Of a stretch of 64,000 bases of DNA, positions 62,795 to 64,000 are shown one piece after another (the stretch's first letter is position 1; each line of letters opens with the position of its first letter). The DNA comes from Squalus acanthias (lineage: Eukaryota): positions 59,212,001 to 59,276,000 of the forward strand of contig CM059432.1 in the NCBI GenBank assembly GCA_030390025.1. The letters are read 5' to 3'. The position numbers and the translations under genes were made by a program. The notes below the pieces were generated by a model. It did no database searches. It had not been told where the DNA came from and saw only the letters and a program-made list of their open reading frames with translations.

Positions 62795-63410
62795 TATTTT
62801 TTTAATTCGTATATGGGATGTGAGCGTCGCTGGCAAGGCCAGCATTTATTGCCCATCCCTAACTGCCCTCGAGAAGGTGGTGGTGAGCTGCCTTCTTGAA
62901 CTGCTGCAGTCCGTGTGGTGAAGGTACTCCCACAGTGCTGTTAGGTAGGGAGTTCCAGGATTTTGACCCAGTGACGGTGAAGGAACGGCGATATACTTCT
63001 AAGTCAGGATGGTGTGCAACTTGGAGGGGAAGGTGTTCCCATGCACCTGCTGCCCTTGTTCTTCTAGGTGGAAGAGGTCGCGAGTTTGGGAGGTGCTGCC
63101 GAAGAAGCCTTGGCGAGTTGCTGCAGTGCATCTTGTAGATGGTACACACTACAGCCACGGTACGCCAGTGATGGAGGGAGTGAATGTTTAAGGTGGTAGA
63201 TGGGGTGCCAATCAAGCGGGCTGCTTTGTCCTGTATGGTGTCAAGCTTCTTGAGTGTTGTTGGAGCTGCACTCATCCAGGCAAGTGGAGAGTATTCCATC
63301 ACACTCCTTACTTGTGCCTTGTAGATGATAGAAATGCTTTGGGGAGTCAGGAGGTGAGACACTCGCCGCAGAATACCTAGCCTCTGACCTGCTCTTGTTG
63401 CTACAGTATT
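62795..63410 (-). mobile_element. 3' fragment of a different CR1-group LINE inserted in the CR1 5' region
   Basis: ORF 62859-63362 IYKAQVRSVMEYSPLAW..LDTIQDKAARLI..WNSLP; AATAAA and an A-rich tail on the minus strand. Confidence 0.85.
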
Positions 63411-63705
63411 TACGTTGTTTTATTTATTTAATTAATTAAAGTTTATGTATTTAATTAACTTAGCTTACAGTTTAGTTTTTTAACTAATTACTAGATCTAG
63501 TTTAAGTTATAGGTAGATTAAAATAAATATTTACCTGTAACACAAAGTACTACAAATACTGGAAGCAAAAAGCAGCACCTCCTTCCCCCTCTGCTCCGAA
63601 TTCCCACTCTCTCCAAATTCCCAACTTTAACACTTTGTTTAGAAGCACTCCATTTAAGACCACTCTGTGCTGACCATTATGGTGAACTGCAGCCCTTTAT
63701 AGGCT
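63411..63705 (-). mobile_element. Probable 5' UTR of the CR1 at 58847-62790
   Basis: Lies immediately beyond the nested LINE; AT-rich then purine-rich on the minus strand. Assignment is by position. Confidence 0.4.
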
Positions 63706-63719
63706 GCATCATCTCCAGA

Positions 63720-63985
63720 TTTTGTGTTTTCCCAGTCAAGTGACTAAGCACTCTGGATCACCCCTGTCCTCGCTAACCTGCATTGGCTCAACTCCCCCAG
63801 CACCTCTAGTTTAAAATTGTTATCCTTGTGTTTAAATCCTTTTATGGCCTCAACTCTACATACCTCTGTAATTTCCGCGAACCGTTCAACCCTCCCGAAC
63901 TCTCTGTCCCTCTGACTCTGACCTTTTGTGCATTCCACCCCTTTCCTTCTACTCATAATTGGTGGCTGTGCCTTCAGCCTACGCT
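63720..63985 (+). mobile_element. Decayed L2 3' fragment
   Basis: ITPVLANLHWL..FKIVILVFKSFYGL; homologous to 130-370. Confidence 0.8.
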
Positions 63986-64000
63986 ACCAATATATTTAGT

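Noticed and set aside
11522..62856. Numerous RT, endonuclease and esterase ORFs as host genes, or as a retron/DGR-like system
   Set aside because: All are frameshifted CR1 fragments with LINE tails; the hydrophobic opposite-strand ORFs are antisense shadows.

Overview
Eukaryotic, repeat-dominated vertebrate DNA, most consistent with a cartilaginous fish (shark) intron or intergenic region. This rests on the repeat families present and is an inference; no species call is possible. I could not recognise any host protein-coding gene. Most of the window consists of: decayed CR1 LINEs, several carrying an SGNH-esterase ORF1 and some nested; L2 3' ends; Deu-domain tRNA SINEs; many PIF/Harbinger derivatives, including one with both the Myb/SANT gene and a HARBI1-like transposase relic, plus MITEs with 3-bp TSDs; one hAT MITE; a solo LTR with a 5-bp TSD; and a ~5.3-kb 21-bp minisatellite with higher-order structure. 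The most interesting non-obvious signals are minimal hammerhead-ribozyme cores (CUGACGA...GAAA) in short Penelope-like terminal-repeat fragments. One of them is a 106-bp insertion with a 9-bp TSD and a built-in antisense hairpin over the catalytic core. Most ORFs in the supplied track are TE fragments, their antisense shadows, or repeat artefacts. Family assignments come from recognised motifs, not database searches, and boundaries without TSDs are approximate.
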